Notes: generated from the sequence alone by a model not told the origin. A stretch of 64,000 nt of DNA from Selaginella moellendorffii (GCF_000143415.4 NW_003314442.1:66752-130751), one strand, 5' to 3'. Shown: positions 37,522-51,830, numbered from the stretch's first letter. Numbers and translations are program-made.

Positions 37522-40500
37522 TCGGCCGTTGATTTTCAGGTAAGTCGGAAAAAGATGTTTTGAAAAATGAGAGATGAAAACAAGAATAGAAAGAACGAAA
37601 GAAAACAAACCAAGTTTTGAAAAACTATGTCTTTGAAGCTTCCACTCCTTTTAAAGAAATACACACTCAAATATATCAAAACATTCTCCCAATTTTACAA
37701 AACACTTCCAAAAATTAACCGCCACCTTTTGCAAGCATTATATATGAAAAAAGATCCTTGTTTCAACCACCAAACTCCTGTGCCATCTGTAAGGCAGTGC
37801 TTAGATCCCAGTACATTCGACAAGCTCCTAGCAGACTCCCTCACACGCCCTCACTCCTCTTGCCCAGCATCCCCTTGGAATCCTTCAGCTTCCCGGCCCT
37901 TGCAAACACATGCTACTGCAGCGATCTGCAGTGAGATTCAAGCCATGGTTGCGGACTCCAAGTACTGCCACACGTTCACGAAAGCGATCTCCTCCTATTT
38001 CAAGGCCATGGCATGGAAGAGCTCTAGAGCTTCCCATCCTTGTCTAGAGAGCAAAGCCCACCACCATGGAGTTTCACATCATTTACATGGGCATCTTGTA
38101 CTTTGCCTGCTCGAGCTTGCCACCATGCCATCATAGAGAGGCATGATACTGAGTTTTTTCCCGGCCATCTTGCCAAAAGAGATTCACCCTACCACAATCA
38201 TGTTCCAGGCAACGAAACTCCAGTTCGCTTCCTCTAGGAGCCCGTTCTGCAGTAATTTCCATACACAGGTTGTTCAGCAACACATCCTACAATGTGACCA
38301 TCACTCTTGGTGCACAACTCATAAAGCGCCACATCTAGGGTGTACATACTCAGCTAATCTGTTTGCCCAGCTCAGTCTTTCTCTAACAGTCTCCTGGCAA
38401 ATCTCAACCCCAGCCATGCTATCCCACATCAAATAACTTACAATCCCAATTGATCTGTGAGCTCGACAATCCACAAACAACTCACAATCCAATGATTTCT
38501 GAGCGACACAATCCTCAAAAAACTCATAAACCAATTATCTGTGAATTCTCAAGTGACTAAAAATCCAATGATCTATGAGGCTGTGGGTAGATGCACTATG
38601 TTCACTACAGCATTGGTTTTGGATGGACATAAAGATTAATGTTTTGCAAGTAGCAAATCCTGCCATTGATCCTGTACAGAGGGACTTGTGATGTCTCTTG
38701 ACGTCAATATTGGAAAGTGAGAAAACATTCTAGAACCAAAAGCTGAGAATGCTGCTCAGGTGTGGGTTATAATTACAGTTAATCATCCAATTATTGTCTT
38801 GCATGTGCTGCTGAAGTTACTGAGCCAGTTACTGAATCGAAACTTTGATCCAGTTTTGAAGGCTTCGATAATTCCAACGTTATTTGACATTAGTAATGGA
38901 CTTGAATGATCACTTTCTTCTGCACTAGACAAGCTGTGTGAATTGCTGATTAGGCTGTACGTGGAGGATCACAGCTTGGGTGGAGGTGCTTGGGAAAACT
39001 TCCTGGTAGAAAGTAGAATTTAAAACCTTGGGAGAATAGTGAGGTTGGATAACAAAAGCAAGATACCTTGAGCGCGTTGTGTAAAATTCTGTCTCAGCTC
39101 CTCTAGACAGGACATTGTGTGCATCATCATCTCCAAAACGTTCAAGCCATGTCAATAGTGCTTCTAACAAGGATTTTCAGACTGGATAGGATCTTTCAAT
39201 TCATACCCTGCTAAGATTCTCTCAATGATGTTCTCTGGAGCTCTGGCTGCTTGATTCACGCAGGATGGACTCAATAGAAACCAGAACGTTTTTTATTCCA
39301 TGAGGCCAGGAGTACTGCAGCTTGAAATAGTTCTCAGTTCCCAATGTAGCCACTGGGAATAAGGATAAGGGAACACCATCTGCGAGATTTTTCAGCAGGT
39401 AATGTCATCTGCACTGAACTTATGATTTTCTTATGTTGCTCATATTTGCTGATTTCATCATTCTTTTGTGTTTTTTTTCTTGGTGTCTGATGCCTCACCT
39501 CTGTCTTTCAGCCTTTTAAATGCTACACAGCAAGAATCCAGTCTCCTGCCACTCCTGTTGCTCTCTCCCCGATGACCACTTGAGGTATGTGCACTCTTTC
39601 TTTTCCTTGTCATGCTTGCTTCAATTTCCTTGTCATGCTCGCTCTTTCTCATTTGATGTTGTTGAGATTGCATGGAGTTATGCATCCAAGTCGACTGTGA
39701 GAATTGCTCATCCCTTGCTGAGCGTGGCAATGTTTCTTGAGTCAGAATTCTCCTTGTTTGATATCTCCTACCCGGCTGTAAGTTCCATGGCGCAATGCTC
39801 CTGGCTGCCATGGAATCAAAGACGTGCTGGTTGTGTTCTTTGCTCTCCACACACGGACATTGAGAGACTCAGCGCTGGTTTGGGCGATTCCCATTCCATA
39901 AGAATGGAACCAGCTCATCGCTCCTGATCCAAAACCAGTTTTTTCATGTTCAGTAGCATCACCACCATCACAAGGATCACTCCGCAAAGCCACCATCACT
40001 AAAAATCGAAAGTAGAATCTGGCAGGAGAAGGACGAGGCTGGGAATCCCGAAATCCCGTACTCTTGTTGTGACAGGTTGAAGGTAAGGACTTTGTTCTTT
40101 GTGTCATCTGAGAGTTCTAAGCGATTTTCTGGCTCTTCCTCATTTTTTTTTCTCTCTTTTGTGTTTGGTAGTATGCTCATCAAAAGTGTGTGTAACACTG
40201 GTGCAACGAAAAAGAGGACACTATCTGTGAGATTTGTCAGCAGGTACATCATCTGCATTGAACTTCCAATTGCTTATCTTCCTCATGTTTGCTGATTTCA
40301 ATCATTCTTTAGTTTTGAATGCAGCCAAGGTAGAGCTCCATTTCTGAGAGTTATGACACAACATTTAAGAACTTAACTGCAAATGTGGATTTCCACAGAA
40401 GGGTCACCAACCTGTCACTGCTTCCATTGCTGCATGATGTTTGTGATTTTCTTGCTCAAGCTGGTCGTGAGAGAAAACAAAAGCCGTAGGAGGCACAGTT

Positions 40501-40708
40501 TAGAATCAAAGCTGGTAAAGCTTAGTAGCAAACCTGGTAAAGTTGTAGAATATACAGATTGGAATCAAAACTATAAGTCTTAGTAGCAATTTGTAAAAAT
40601 AAACATGCTAAGAGAAAGCAAAAAAGAAATAGTTTGAATAATTAAAACTACATCTTTCAAATTGAAAATATTCTCTACTACTCCCAGCAAAGCTGGGACC
40701 CCTGCTAG
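37522..40708 (+). mobile_element. Helitron-like unit A (non-autonomous; PPR remnants); 5' end uncertain
   Basis: 3' hairpin TCCCAGC-AAA-GCTGGGA at 40682-40698 plus CTAG at 40705-40708; (TCA)n tracts on both sides. Confidence 0.6.
37790..38280 (-). pseudogene. PPR/E-domain remnant
   Basis: ALELFHAMAL, ARAGKLKD, SLLGACRM fragments with stops. Confidence 0.55.
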
Positions 40709-40945
40709 TCATCATCATCATCATACTCCCTTATTTAAAAGTGCTATTGGCATATGGCATCTGCCGTCTTTTATTTCATTTTAAGAATATTATTTATGAA
40801 TATGCTTATAATCTAATGGTTAAAATTCAAAAACTTCAAATAGATGGCATAGATGAAGTGCCAAAGGGGTGGCAACGCTTCAATGTGATTTTAGTGATGC
40901 TCCAAATCAAGTGAAATTTCTTATGTGATAGGGCAGATTGTGAGC

Positions 40946-40950
<5 letters not shown>

Positions 40951-41041
<91 letters not shown>

Positions 41042-41058
41042 CTGTGTGTGTGTGTGTG
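40951..41058. repeat. Compound microsatellite (CT)n(AT)n(GT)n
   Basis: Directly visible. Confidence 0.95.
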
Positions 41059-41539
41059 TTATAACATTTCCTTTAGTTGGAACAAGGTTTTGGAAATGAA
41101 GATTGTGTGCCCAGATGAGACAAGCCATTTGCTGCTTCTCATGGCTTGCACTCACAGTGGAGAAGTGGGCCATTGACTGAAGCTATGCGGCTCTTTTTTA
41201 GAACCTTGAAAGTAAGTTTTTCAATGTTTTTTAAGAGTTTCCATCTATTTATCTTTGCAGGAACAAGATCCAGACTGGTAGTCAAGTCGCCAGGGAGAAA
41301 AGCTGAGGAAATTGGTGAAATGGCTTTATACTTTTTCATTTTTGTGTTATAACTAAAACTTTGAAGCATTCTTTCAGCCTATGCAAGACAATGATTTAAA
41401 TCCAAGCCTTCAGGAGGAGTACATCCCTGCTGTAAACAACTCTCCTCCATCCCCCTTGCTGCCATCAGCAAATGGTGGAACGATGTCCAGGTATGTAGTG
41501 TTTCGCTCTTTAATAACTGATGTTGCACCTTTGCCATAG

Positions 41540-42660
41540 GTGCTCAAACTAAGAATGCTCACCTGGTCCAAGTTGAGCAAAAGCTCCCAATGTCTCCTTT
41601 TGTCCTTATCCATGCTGCTGATCCCACCCTGTGCCAGTCATAGCCTGGTAATTTTTTTAGCTTTGTACTTTCATCTTACAATATTCCCAAGTGTTTTCAG
41701 ATTCTGAAGAACAGGATGCTGTTTGTTGGTGGCCACTTGAGAAACCCTTGACTCTGTCTCAGGTTAATATAATGCATTTCAGTGTCTCACTTCAGTGCTC
41801 TCTATCTCCAGTTCATGTTTTTGATATGCAGACTTTCACTTGGTTGCTTTTTCCAACAATGGACAAGCTCTTGTGCATGTGACATACTTTATCACGAACC
41901 TGAGATTGCTGTTTGAGGGGCCAGTCTGTTTTGCTGATCGGATCCTGCTTAGTGGAGTCATGTTTGGTGGAGAAGACTCCAATAGGTGTTTGCTCAATGA
42001 CCTCAACATCTTTGATCTGGAAACAATGACATGGGACGCTGTCAATGCAATATAAGCCAGCACGGACGTATATTGCATGTGAGGTATGGTATTTTGATTA
42101 TCCTTGCTGGTCTTACTCCGATTCCATTTGTCATTTTCTGTCCTGCCTAGGGATTGAGTCTCGTCTTCATGTGTTTGAATGGCGAAGGAACATTAATAGC
42201 CTTGGTTGTTTTTGAGACTGTGACTTGTATTGAGGTGGAAGCTGTCAGATGCATGTACTGAAGACATGCAAAAGCCAATCAGAGGTGTCTCCTGCTCCGA
42301 GTGTTGGTGGAGCCATTTTATAGAGGTTGGAGAATCTGCAAATGTGCCCAAGAGCTCAATAATTTTGAAGGAACCAATAAATCATCAGCCTATGGGATCA
42401 TGTTTTTGTGCATCTCTTCCCTGTTTGATAATGTTATTTTACTTTTTTCCAGGAGAATGGCAGCTACAACACACCAAAGTTGCTGGAGCTTAAACAGGAG
42501 CTTGAGGTGGCTCTAGCATCACTCTAAGACGAAATAGCATGTACAGCTATGACTGGTCGAATATGGAGAAACCCTTAGCTTTTGTGAATTGTTTTAATGG
42601 CAAGGAGCTTATGCAGCATGATAGTTCATGGCAGAATGAAGTAGAGGCACTCCAGGTTTG
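41540..42660 (+). pseudogene. Captured kelch-repeat (ACBP4/5-like) gene fragments
   Basis: LTWSKL..PPCASHSL; MFGGEDSNRCLLNDLNIFDLETMTWDAV; disrupted. Confidence 0.6.
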
Positions 42661-44943
42661 GCATTCTTGTTGGATGTCTCTATGCTTCTCTCTAAAAGTG
42701 ACGAAAAGAATGAGATTTCTACGCTCCAGGTCGTGTCGGTGCTGCTGTTGTCCACCAGCAGTGACATTCCTGCCAGTGTTGCTTGCGGCAAGATCAAGAT
42801 CATCGTTGAGTTTTAGGCAAATTGATGAAGATGCCTGGCAAATGAGAGATGAAAACAAGAATAGAAAGAAAAAAAAGAACCAAAAAGGCTCTGGAAATAT
42901 CTGTATAGCTGAGGGCAGAGGCTCTGTATAACTGTGAGAAGATGCTCTGGAAATGGTTGATTAGAAACTTGAGGAGTCTCTTGATTACAATCTTGGAGGG
43001 GTCAGGAAAACTTCCTAGCAGAGAGTAGAATTTTAAACCTTGGGAGAAAAGAAAGCTTGGATGACAAAAGCAAAGTACCTTGAGAATGTTGCATTGCATA
43101 TCTTGGCTTCTTAAGACAGGAGGACATTGTGCACATCCAAAATGTTCAAGTCATGTCAAAAGTGTTTCTAAGAAGGATTTTCAAATAGAGACAGACTTGG
43201 ATAGGACATCTAGATTCATACCTTGTCAAGATGCTCTCCATGTGCTTGAAAACTTTGGGATGATGTAATGAGAAGGATTCCGCAAGTAGAGGTGTAATTG
43301 GCAGCTTCATTTTCATTCACTATGCAGGCAGGTTCCCATGGTCTCAGAAGAATGCCCTTCGCAGCATGACTCATCAGCTCAATAGCGAGAATGTCTTAGT
43401 AATTGTTCCCAGAGGTGGCCAGCACTAAGCGAGTAGGTTATTGGTGACATGGTATGCAATGTTCTACTGGAGACATCATGCTATGAACAGGGCTGACTGC
43501 TTGGAAATGCACACTCCAGGTGAGGGATGTGAAGCCAGTGCTGGTGGTGTAGGCACCAAAGAAAAGGCTAAACAGCTGACTGCTGCTGATGTCATTGGCC
43601 TCTGTCCACCACCATTTGTTTTATGTGGCTTCCAGCTCACAGCTAGGAAAGGAAGTTAAAGTTCTACTGTGCATTGCTGAAAGAAGCCAGGTTAGTATGT
43701 TAACAACATAGGCCCTACCTCCAAAGTTGGGCACCACCATCTCCTTACTCACAAAGCTCAACTTAACATACACAATGGCAGTAAAGCTGCATGACTCCCT
43801 TTTACATGCTTTTCTTTTCCATCCCAATCCAAGGAATGAATAGGCCTTTATTGCACCATAGGATGTCTTGAATTATTACTGTAATTTCTTTGTACTATAC
43901 CATGTACTTTGATAAGGCAATCCTAGGAAGACCTCATTTTGGTAATTTTTGAAGGAAATGAGCATATTTCCATCATATCACTCCACCAAGCAAGATAATA
44001 GTAATAAAGTTACTCATTAGCATTTAGACCCAAGCTCTGTTGGGCAAACAAACATAAATTTTGAATGAGCAGTATACAAACATCCATTTTTGCTATCAAA
44101 TTTGGCAGCAACAATGAATTTCTGAAGTACCATTATACTCTTTCTTTTGGTTTTGAACTTATGCTCAATCAACTTAGCAACAGAGACTCATGGCAAAGCT
44201 CATTATCATTGGATAAATTGTTAGAAGACTTGCTAGCAGTGGGGAGGATGCAAGGAGAGAATTAATGGCAACACTACTATATTTCCTCCTTTTCCCCTCT
44301 TCCCATTTTTTTTTTTTATAAACTATGGCCTATCAGCCTTAGAAAAGGACAATCCCAGGATCTTTGCCAGTAATTCTTCCCCTCTTCTATATGGCAAGAG
44401 TGGATGCAAGTTCTTAGCACTTGCATCATGCACCTACAAAGTTACTATGACTAACTTATAACATCAAAAGTTGTAAATGACTATTAACACTTTTTTAGAC
44501 ATGGCTATCTCTTTTTTTTTTTCAGACTTACATGTTGTTCTGCTCCAAAGTATATATAATAATATCTTTTCATTTTTACTTTTCCCAGCACAGCTGGGAT
44601 CATCATCATACTCATATATTTAAACGAAAGAGCCGGTATAATAATAGCATATGCTGGCGTCACTTATTCTGGGCATATGCCAAAATCTAACGGCTGAGAT
44701 TAAACAATGGGGAGTCGTGACTTTTGGGATCATAAAAACTTTTAATTGTCTTTTAGGGCGCGTGAGCACGAGGAGAGAGCGTCGATCATCGCTTGTGGGA
44801 AGGTACTCTCTCTCTCTCTCTCTCTCTCTCTACCTCTGTGTGTGTGTGAGTTTGATGCGGTCTTCATTGCAGAGCACCTCAGAGCTACAGTCAGCTGTAC
44901 GTGAAGATCTGAAGCTGCTACCGATCTACCGATTGAAAAGCTC

Positions 44944-45724
44944 AGGTTTTTCACTCTCTTGCTCTTGCTATTCTCTTTCGAGGCTTAAAGTTCCTGTTTG
45001 TTCCAGGTGCTCGAGGCTGGAACCAAGAGAAAAAAAAGAAATTTTCATCCCTGTACTTCTCCTCGGGACAGCCACAGCTCCACGGCCGTCGGGTCTAAGC
45101 TCTATTTTTTTCGAGTCTCTCAAGTCCCTGTTTGTTCCAGGTTCTCGAGGCTGGAACCATGACTAGAATCAAGGTTTTTCACTCTCTTGCTTTTTGCTAT
45201 TCTCTTTCGAGGCTTAAAGTTCCTGTTTGTTCCAGGTGCTCGAGGCTGGAACCAAGAGAAAAAAAAGAAATTTTCGTCCCTGTACTTCTCCTCGGGACAG
45301 CCACAGCTCCACTGCCGTTGATTTTTTTCGAGTCTCTCAAGTCCCTGTTTGTTCCAGGTTCTTGAGGCTGGAACCACGACTAGAATCAAGGTTTTTCACT
45401 CTCTTGCTTTTTGCTATTCTCTTTCGAGGCTTAAAGTTCCTGTTTGTTCCAGGTGCTCGAGGCTGGAACCAAGAGAAAAAAAAGAAATTTTCGTCCCTGT
45501 ACTTCTCCTCGGGACAGCCACAGCTCCACTGCCGTTGATTTTTTTCGAGTCTCTCAAGTCCCTGTTTGTTCCAGGTTCTCGAGGCTGGAACCACGACTAG
45601 AATCAAGGTTTTTCACTCTCTTGCTTTTTGCTATTCTCTTTCGAGGCTTAAAGTTCCTGTTTGTTCCAGGTGCTCGAGGCTGGAACCAAGAGAAAAAAAA
45701 GAAATTTTCGTCCCTGTACTTCTC
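44944..45724. repeat. Tandem repeat, 217-bp period, about 3.6 copies
   Basis: GACTAGAATCAAGG recurs at 45161, 45378 and 45595; about one copy at 50750-50940. Confidence 0.92.
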
Positions 45725-46368
45725 ACCCACGAGCAGCAGAGATTGATGAGGTCCTCACTTTGGAGCCATTTCTGAGTGGTTCAACGTGGTGGCAGTGATC
45801 CAGAGCAGCAGCTCTAGAAGTGGTAATGATGACCATGCGTTTCTCTACAGGGACACGGTGCTGTACAAATCCAATTACTATTAGCATCACACGTCTGAGG
45901 ACAAATTAAGTGAAGTGGTGCCAGATTCAATTGTATTTGTGTTGTAATACTACATTATATATAAGGTGTCTCCTACCCTTGATTGGCTACAAAAAAATAG
46001 CAAATGTCTTTCCCTCTTTGCTCTAAGTGAGCACTCTGACCAACACACATAACAGTAACATATGTGTCGAGAAGGCCAAGTACTGCTCAGTTCAAGCTCA
46101 AAGTCACCTAGCTTCTCTACATTTATATCAACAGCTCCTCTACATAATCAGGCTGTGTACTCCACATGAACCATGGAGCCTATAGTTGGCCTGTCGCAAG
46201 ATGTCTCTTCTCCTCCGGTATTCCTGTTGAAGCACTAAGCAACAAGTAAGCAATACACAGCTTACACATGGATGTGAGAAATCCAGCGATCCCTCCTCCA
46301 TGTTTTGGACACGAGTAATATCCTGTTTTCTTTCCTTGTTTTCTTCTAAACTCTTTTTCCCCTGCAGA

Positions 46369-47245
46369 TACTTTTGTCTGGAAGAAGATTTCTACCGCTG
46401 GAGTCTCGCCTATTCCTCGGGATAGCCATACCTGCTCTTCCTATAAGAACTGTTTCGTTGTCATGGGTGACCGAGGACGGTGGTAATCCAGAAACAATGG
46501 CATGGCGGGAGGTAAAGACGACTGGTGCTAAGCTGATGCCAAGAGCCGGGCATACAACAATCAGCCATGAAAAGTATCACGCTTGTAGGTAGATTTGTTT
46601 CCTGTTGGTCTCTCATGGGCCTTTTATGTATTTTGCAGCGACTGGTGTTTGGGCAACTTTGAATCCCTCTGGTTCCAGGCCTTCTCCAGGTTTCTCCCTT
46701 GCAGGAGATTCTGTGGATGCAGAGCAAGGCATATTATTCGTCTATGAGGGATGTAACAAAGAGCTTGAAGCTCTGAATGACATGTATTTCCTTGATACAG
46801 GTAGGCTTCTTCTTTTATTGACATTGCTGCTATTCTTGACAATATGGTTGCCGTTTTTCTGTGAAGAGATGCTGAGGGAGAAAGATCCATCAGAACCAAA
46901 GCTATCCATGCGTAAGGAACTTAAGAGAAGGCAGCAATGAGTATTGTGCCACGCCATTCGTGCTAGACAAGCAACGGGGATGCGGACAGGAGCTTGGTTT
47001 CATCTCACAGAAATATCTGCAGAAAACCTTGGACCTCTCCAATTTTTCCCTGTCAAACTCATGCTACAGAGTTTCAAGCTCACGTTCAGCCGCTAGGCGA
47101 GAAGATGTTCGAGGCCAGAGAAAGTGACGTATTCAACTATGGATACACGCTAGAAGCCTCCATCGGTGGGAAACTCTTCTGTGGGCTGCTCTTCTCGTAC
47201 AAGCCTGGCTTTGCTCAGGCAGTGCAATCTTACATGGCGAGGTAT
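46369..47245 (+). pseudogene. Captured kelch/galactose-oxidase repeat gene fragment with introns
   Basis: PIPRDSHTCSS, MPRAGHTT, LEALNDMYFLDT, KLSMRKELK, MFEAR..FNYGYTLEASIGGKLFCGLLFSYKP; internal stops. Confidence 0.75.
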
Positions 47246-48239
47246 GTTTCGTTTGATCCTCAGTTATTCTCTAACGCCAGGAGAGTGTCCTTTTGGACAG
47301 GGCACGGGCATTTTCCTCGAGTGATCACGTTCGTTTACACCAGGATCTCAAGCTCGACAACAATCTTTCCAAACTAAACATGCGTGACAAAGTGGTGATC
47401 AGCACCTTTAGGAGATATCACCACAGCGTAGTACATGGCAGCTAAGGTGGTGGAGAACAAGGATTGGAGCTCTACATGGCAGCCTACTCGACTTTCTTAC
47501 AGACAAAGCCATGAACTGTTTTTAAAAAAGCCATTTCTGAAGGAATAAGACAGTATTAAATAAACTGTTGTGTATGTATGTGTTAATAGACACAACTTTG
47601 AAGCCATGAGCTTGGTTTGCTTCAGTGTACATTAACTCAGGGCATATAAATGATTTCTATGTTTGATTTTATTTAGTCTTTTGCTCTCTCATAAAGGTTT
47701 TAGGTAAAAAACAAAATGTGTATATGTCGTTCCAGATCACGATCCTAAAAAACGCTTTAGACATTCAAAAGGAAGCGTGCAGGCAGAAAAAAGTTCAAAA
47801 GAGTGACCTGCACATACAAGAATCTCATTCTATTGTGCTATTGCTATGTTTGCTTGAATACAAAACAGAAAAAAAACAAAAAGACTTATTGATAAGAAGC
47901 TGCATCGTTGCATGACGTTCTAAACAGAACTAACACCTACCAAAGCTATTCTACTTTGCTGAAATCTACTAGCCTATTATACAAATTGAAATAACTAGCT
48001 GAAAATGGGCGGCAAAAGAAAGCGGAAAACTGTGGATGCCATTTTAGAAGGGGATGTAATTGTAGCAAATGCTACTGGAAATCAAGAACTCATACCTTTT
48101 ACCACTAATGTGGATGTTTGGAAACTAATATTGGCAAAAACAATGCTTGCAGAATATGTGAAACTGGAGAAGTCATGTCAACTGGTAAATTCTGTCACAC
48201 GATTTCCTGTATTCCTGCAACCACTGCTTGTAGGGCAGT

Positions 48240-48610
48240 GAGATGAAAGAAATACATGGGTTTAATGTCGGAGAATGAAAATTGAAAATGTGAGCAACAT
48301 TATCTTGGTAAGATGGAAAAACAATGTATACATTGTAAGGCTCTTTTTTTTATGATGGAAAGTGTTTTCAACTGTTGTTGTGATGGGAGAATATCATTTA
48401 AAAATTCACATCCTTTTCCTCAATTCATCCAGAAACTGCTGGAAGAAGCACCACAGAAAGGAAACTTTAAAGATTTAATATGAAATTATAATAGTGCATT
48501 AGCATTTGCATCAATGGGTGCAAACATCGAAGAGATTGCAGTAGGTGGCCCTTATTATTTTAAAATACATGGACAAATTTATCATAATATTGGAAGTTTC
48601 AGACCAAACA
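48240..48610 (+). pseudogene. Helitron RepHel N-terminal remnant
   Basis: LGKMEKQCIHCKALF..CCCDGRI..NYNSALAFASMGA..GPYYFKIHGQIYHNIGS. Confidence 0.8.
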
Positions 48611-51099
48611 ATGGAAATATCATTGAGACAACATTAGACACAATACAAAAGGCTACCATCTTAAAAAATGTGATTCATCATCACTTAAAATTTTATTATT
48701 AATAAAGAAATCTATGGACCATTTTTTCATTTTCTGATATGTTATGGTTTTAGGGAAAAACAATATTATGAATCATCAATACCATAATATCAGGATAAAA
48801 ACTTACCTTTCATTGAAAGATTTTAGCCTCAATATAAATTTATATAAGAAAAAATAAAACATAAAGGTAATAATCTTAATTCATTTTAGCATTCACTCTA
48901 TATAAAAACATATACAGAAATAATATTAATTATATAGAATATAATAATTTAACTTTTAGATAGTACTTCTAAAAGTATAAATATAAATATTATGAAAAGA
49001 GAGGATATTGAATAAAAATATGAAAAAAATTCTAAACTAAAAATATAATATAATTTTAGAGAATAAGTTTAAATATATTTTAAAAATACTAAATATAATA
49101 AAGGAAAAAATAAAATATCTAAATTAGAATATAAATAAAACAGTTTCTATAAAATATGATATTTTATAACTTAAAATAGAGTAGTTAATAGTTCTAGATA
49201 TTTTTTATGTAAAATATTTTTTATTAGTAACCTTATGTTATTTATTAGTATAAATATAAATTAAATTAAACTTATTGAGATGTCAATTGGCTAAGACGTA
49301 GTCTAAGATTTATATAATATCATAAATTTTCTACCACTTTATCCTACATGGTATTTATACATGAAAAACATAATAAGGTATAAATATGATTGAGAAAAAA
49401 TTAGTATATGGACCATATAAAGAAATTTAAATATATTATATTAAACCTTCTATATACCATTCATGAATTTTCTGATATATTATAGTTCTAGCATAACCAT
49501 TCATTTATCATCATAAAATTTCAGCATTCATAACAGTGCTATAAAGCCTTAATTATAAATATAAATACATGAATATAGGGAGATAATAATCTTATTTCAG
49601 ATTTATAAAAACAACTACAGAAATAATGTTTATGATATATAAGAGAATACTTTCTATTTTAAATATTACTCTCAAAATGCATGAATATAAATATTAGGTA
49701 AAAAAAGGAATATCAATGATAAATATGTAAAATATTATAATTTTATAAAAGAAAATATAACACATAAACCTAACGTCTTTCACTTATTGTTATGCAATTC
49801 CAAAACTTTCAGTCTGAAATAATGAAAAGAGAAACTCCATAACAATGTTTATATTTTTTAAATTTAAAAGATGTATGCACTTTAGGTGAGTTTTTAAATA
49901 TATATTAAATATATTTTTAACATCATTATAATTGAGTGTACCTAAGTAACACATACTTTATTAAGAGGAGAAATTATATATTTTAATAAATCATGAAATA
50001 ATAAGATTTTTATCACTTATATAGAGATTTCAAATAAAAGAAAAAATTAGTTAATAAAAAATGACTCATCTGAGAATGGGATCCCACAGTGAGAAATTCC
50101 ATTTATAGAATATCCAAGACTTCAGTCAACAATCAGAATTTTAAATATGATATAATGTACTGAGTTATATTTATTATGTTTTTATGTTTGTTGGTAATGG
50201 AGTCAATTGTTGAAGATATTTTTAATATAAATATTATGTTATGTTTAACTATATATCTTATAATTATGATTATGTTAAAAATTACACTCTTTGAAATTAT
50301 TAAAATATCAGAAATAAACACAATGCTCCCAGCGTAGCTGGGACTTTTGCTAGTACTCCCTTATTTAAACGTGCTATTGGCATATGGCATCCGGCGTCTT
50401 TTATTCCATTTTTAGAATATTATTTCTGAATATGCTTATAATCTAACGGCTGAGATTAAACAATGGGGAGTCGTGACTTTTGGGATCATAAAAACTTTTA
50501 ATTGTCTTTTAGGGCGCGTGAGCACGAGGAGAGAGCGTCGATCATCGCTTGTGGGAAGGTACTCTCTCTCTCTCTCTCTCTGTCTCTGTGTGTGTGTGTG
50601 TTTGATGCGGTCTTCATTGCAGAGCACCTCAGAGCTACAGTCAGCTGTACGTGAAGATCTGAAGCTGCTACCGATTGAAAAGCTCAGGAAACCGTTGTCA
50701 ATGGCCATGCGCCGGAAAAATGACAGTCTTTTTTCGAGACTCTCAAGCCCCTATTTGTTCCAGGTTCTTGAGGCTGGAACCACGACTAGAATCAAGGTTT
50801 TTCACTCTCTTGCTTTTTGCTATTCTCTTTCGAGGCTTAAAGTTCCTGTTTGTGCCAGGTGCTTGAGGCTGTAACCAAGAGAGAAAAAAGAAATTTTCGT
50901 CCCTGTACTTCTCCTCGGGACAGCCACAGCTCCACGGCTCCATGGCTATTGGCCCCATGCATTTCACAGTCATCTCTACAGAACATGACTGGAGCTCGAC
51001 CAGCAAACAAGTATGCATTCTTATTCTTTTCATCTTTCCTTCAACGAAACCTTCTTCTACAGTACGCTTGGATGAAATCTGACCTTGAATCTGTCGGCA

Positions 51100-51830
51100 G
51101 ATTCAGTACACCATGGATAGTTTTCACAGGGTAACTGTTTTTATTCACATTTTCATTCTGTAAACTCATGTGTGCTATTTTTCTTTCAGTCATCGACCTA
51201 TGTACTCCACTCAACTGCGGGGGATTTATTTCTAAACTTTACCAGGTGTGGATCCGAAATTTGTAGCAGCTGTGGAACCATTGCTCTTGAGAAACAAGGT
51301 AAAACACGAGCTCTTCAAAGGGAAAACTAGAATGAAACTGTCTTTTTTCTTTTTTCTTTTTTTTTTTGCACAGGTTGATTTAGCAGTGTGGGGGCATGTT
51401 CACAATTACCTGCGAACTTGTGCTGTGTTTCAGGGCGCTGCCTGCAGCACCCGATCAAGGATTTAGCAGGCGTCGATTTCTTTGACACTACAATTTACTC
51501 AGCTCCAGTTCACACCGTGGTTGGCATGGCTGAATTCACCTTGGATGACTTCCCTCATAATGTAAGCTTGCAGCTTTGTTTCCTATATTCAAGCTCTTTA
51601 TATGGTATTGATATTCTACCTTTTCTATTTTTTTTGTCGACAGTTTAGTTCATGGAGCTTGATTCGAAGGTCGGCATTTGGATATGCAAGAGTGACAGCT
51701 GATAAGACAAAGCTACTGTTTGAAGTAGATGAATTGCGTTCTTGGTTCTTGCATGTTACTTATTTATTTTTCATTCCAGTACATTACAACGGACGGACAG
51801 TAGCTGACCGATTTAAAATTGCCAGGCTAG
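51100..51830 (+). pseudogene. Purple acid phosphatase 3' fragment
   Basis: TPWIVFTG|HRPMYST..VEPLLLRNKVDLAVWGHVHNYLRTC..APVHTVVGMA..FGYARV; frameshifted. Confidence 0.8.

Larger units (their letters stand above)
40709..44599 (+). mobile_element. Helitron-like unit B
   Basis: 5' TC..TACTCCCTTATTTAAA..GTGCTATTGGCATATGGC terminus shared with 50354; 3' hairpin at 44583-44599 (CTAG missing). Confidence 0.6.
44600..50353 (+). mobile_element. Helitron unit C with RepHel remnant
   Basis: 5' TCATCATCATACTC..TTTAAAC; 3' hairpin at 50327-50343 plus CTAG at 50350-50353; RepHel N-terminal fragment inside. Confidence 0.75.

Noticed and set aside
37627-44265. Intact novel genes among the short ORFs of the repeat region
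   Set aside because: They resolve to antisense or frameshifted remnants of PPR and kelch genes, or non-coding repeat sequence
44944-45724. CRISPR-like palindromic repeats with spacers
   Set aside because: The spacers themselves repeat with a 217-bp period, there are no cas genes, and the context is a eukaryotic transposon
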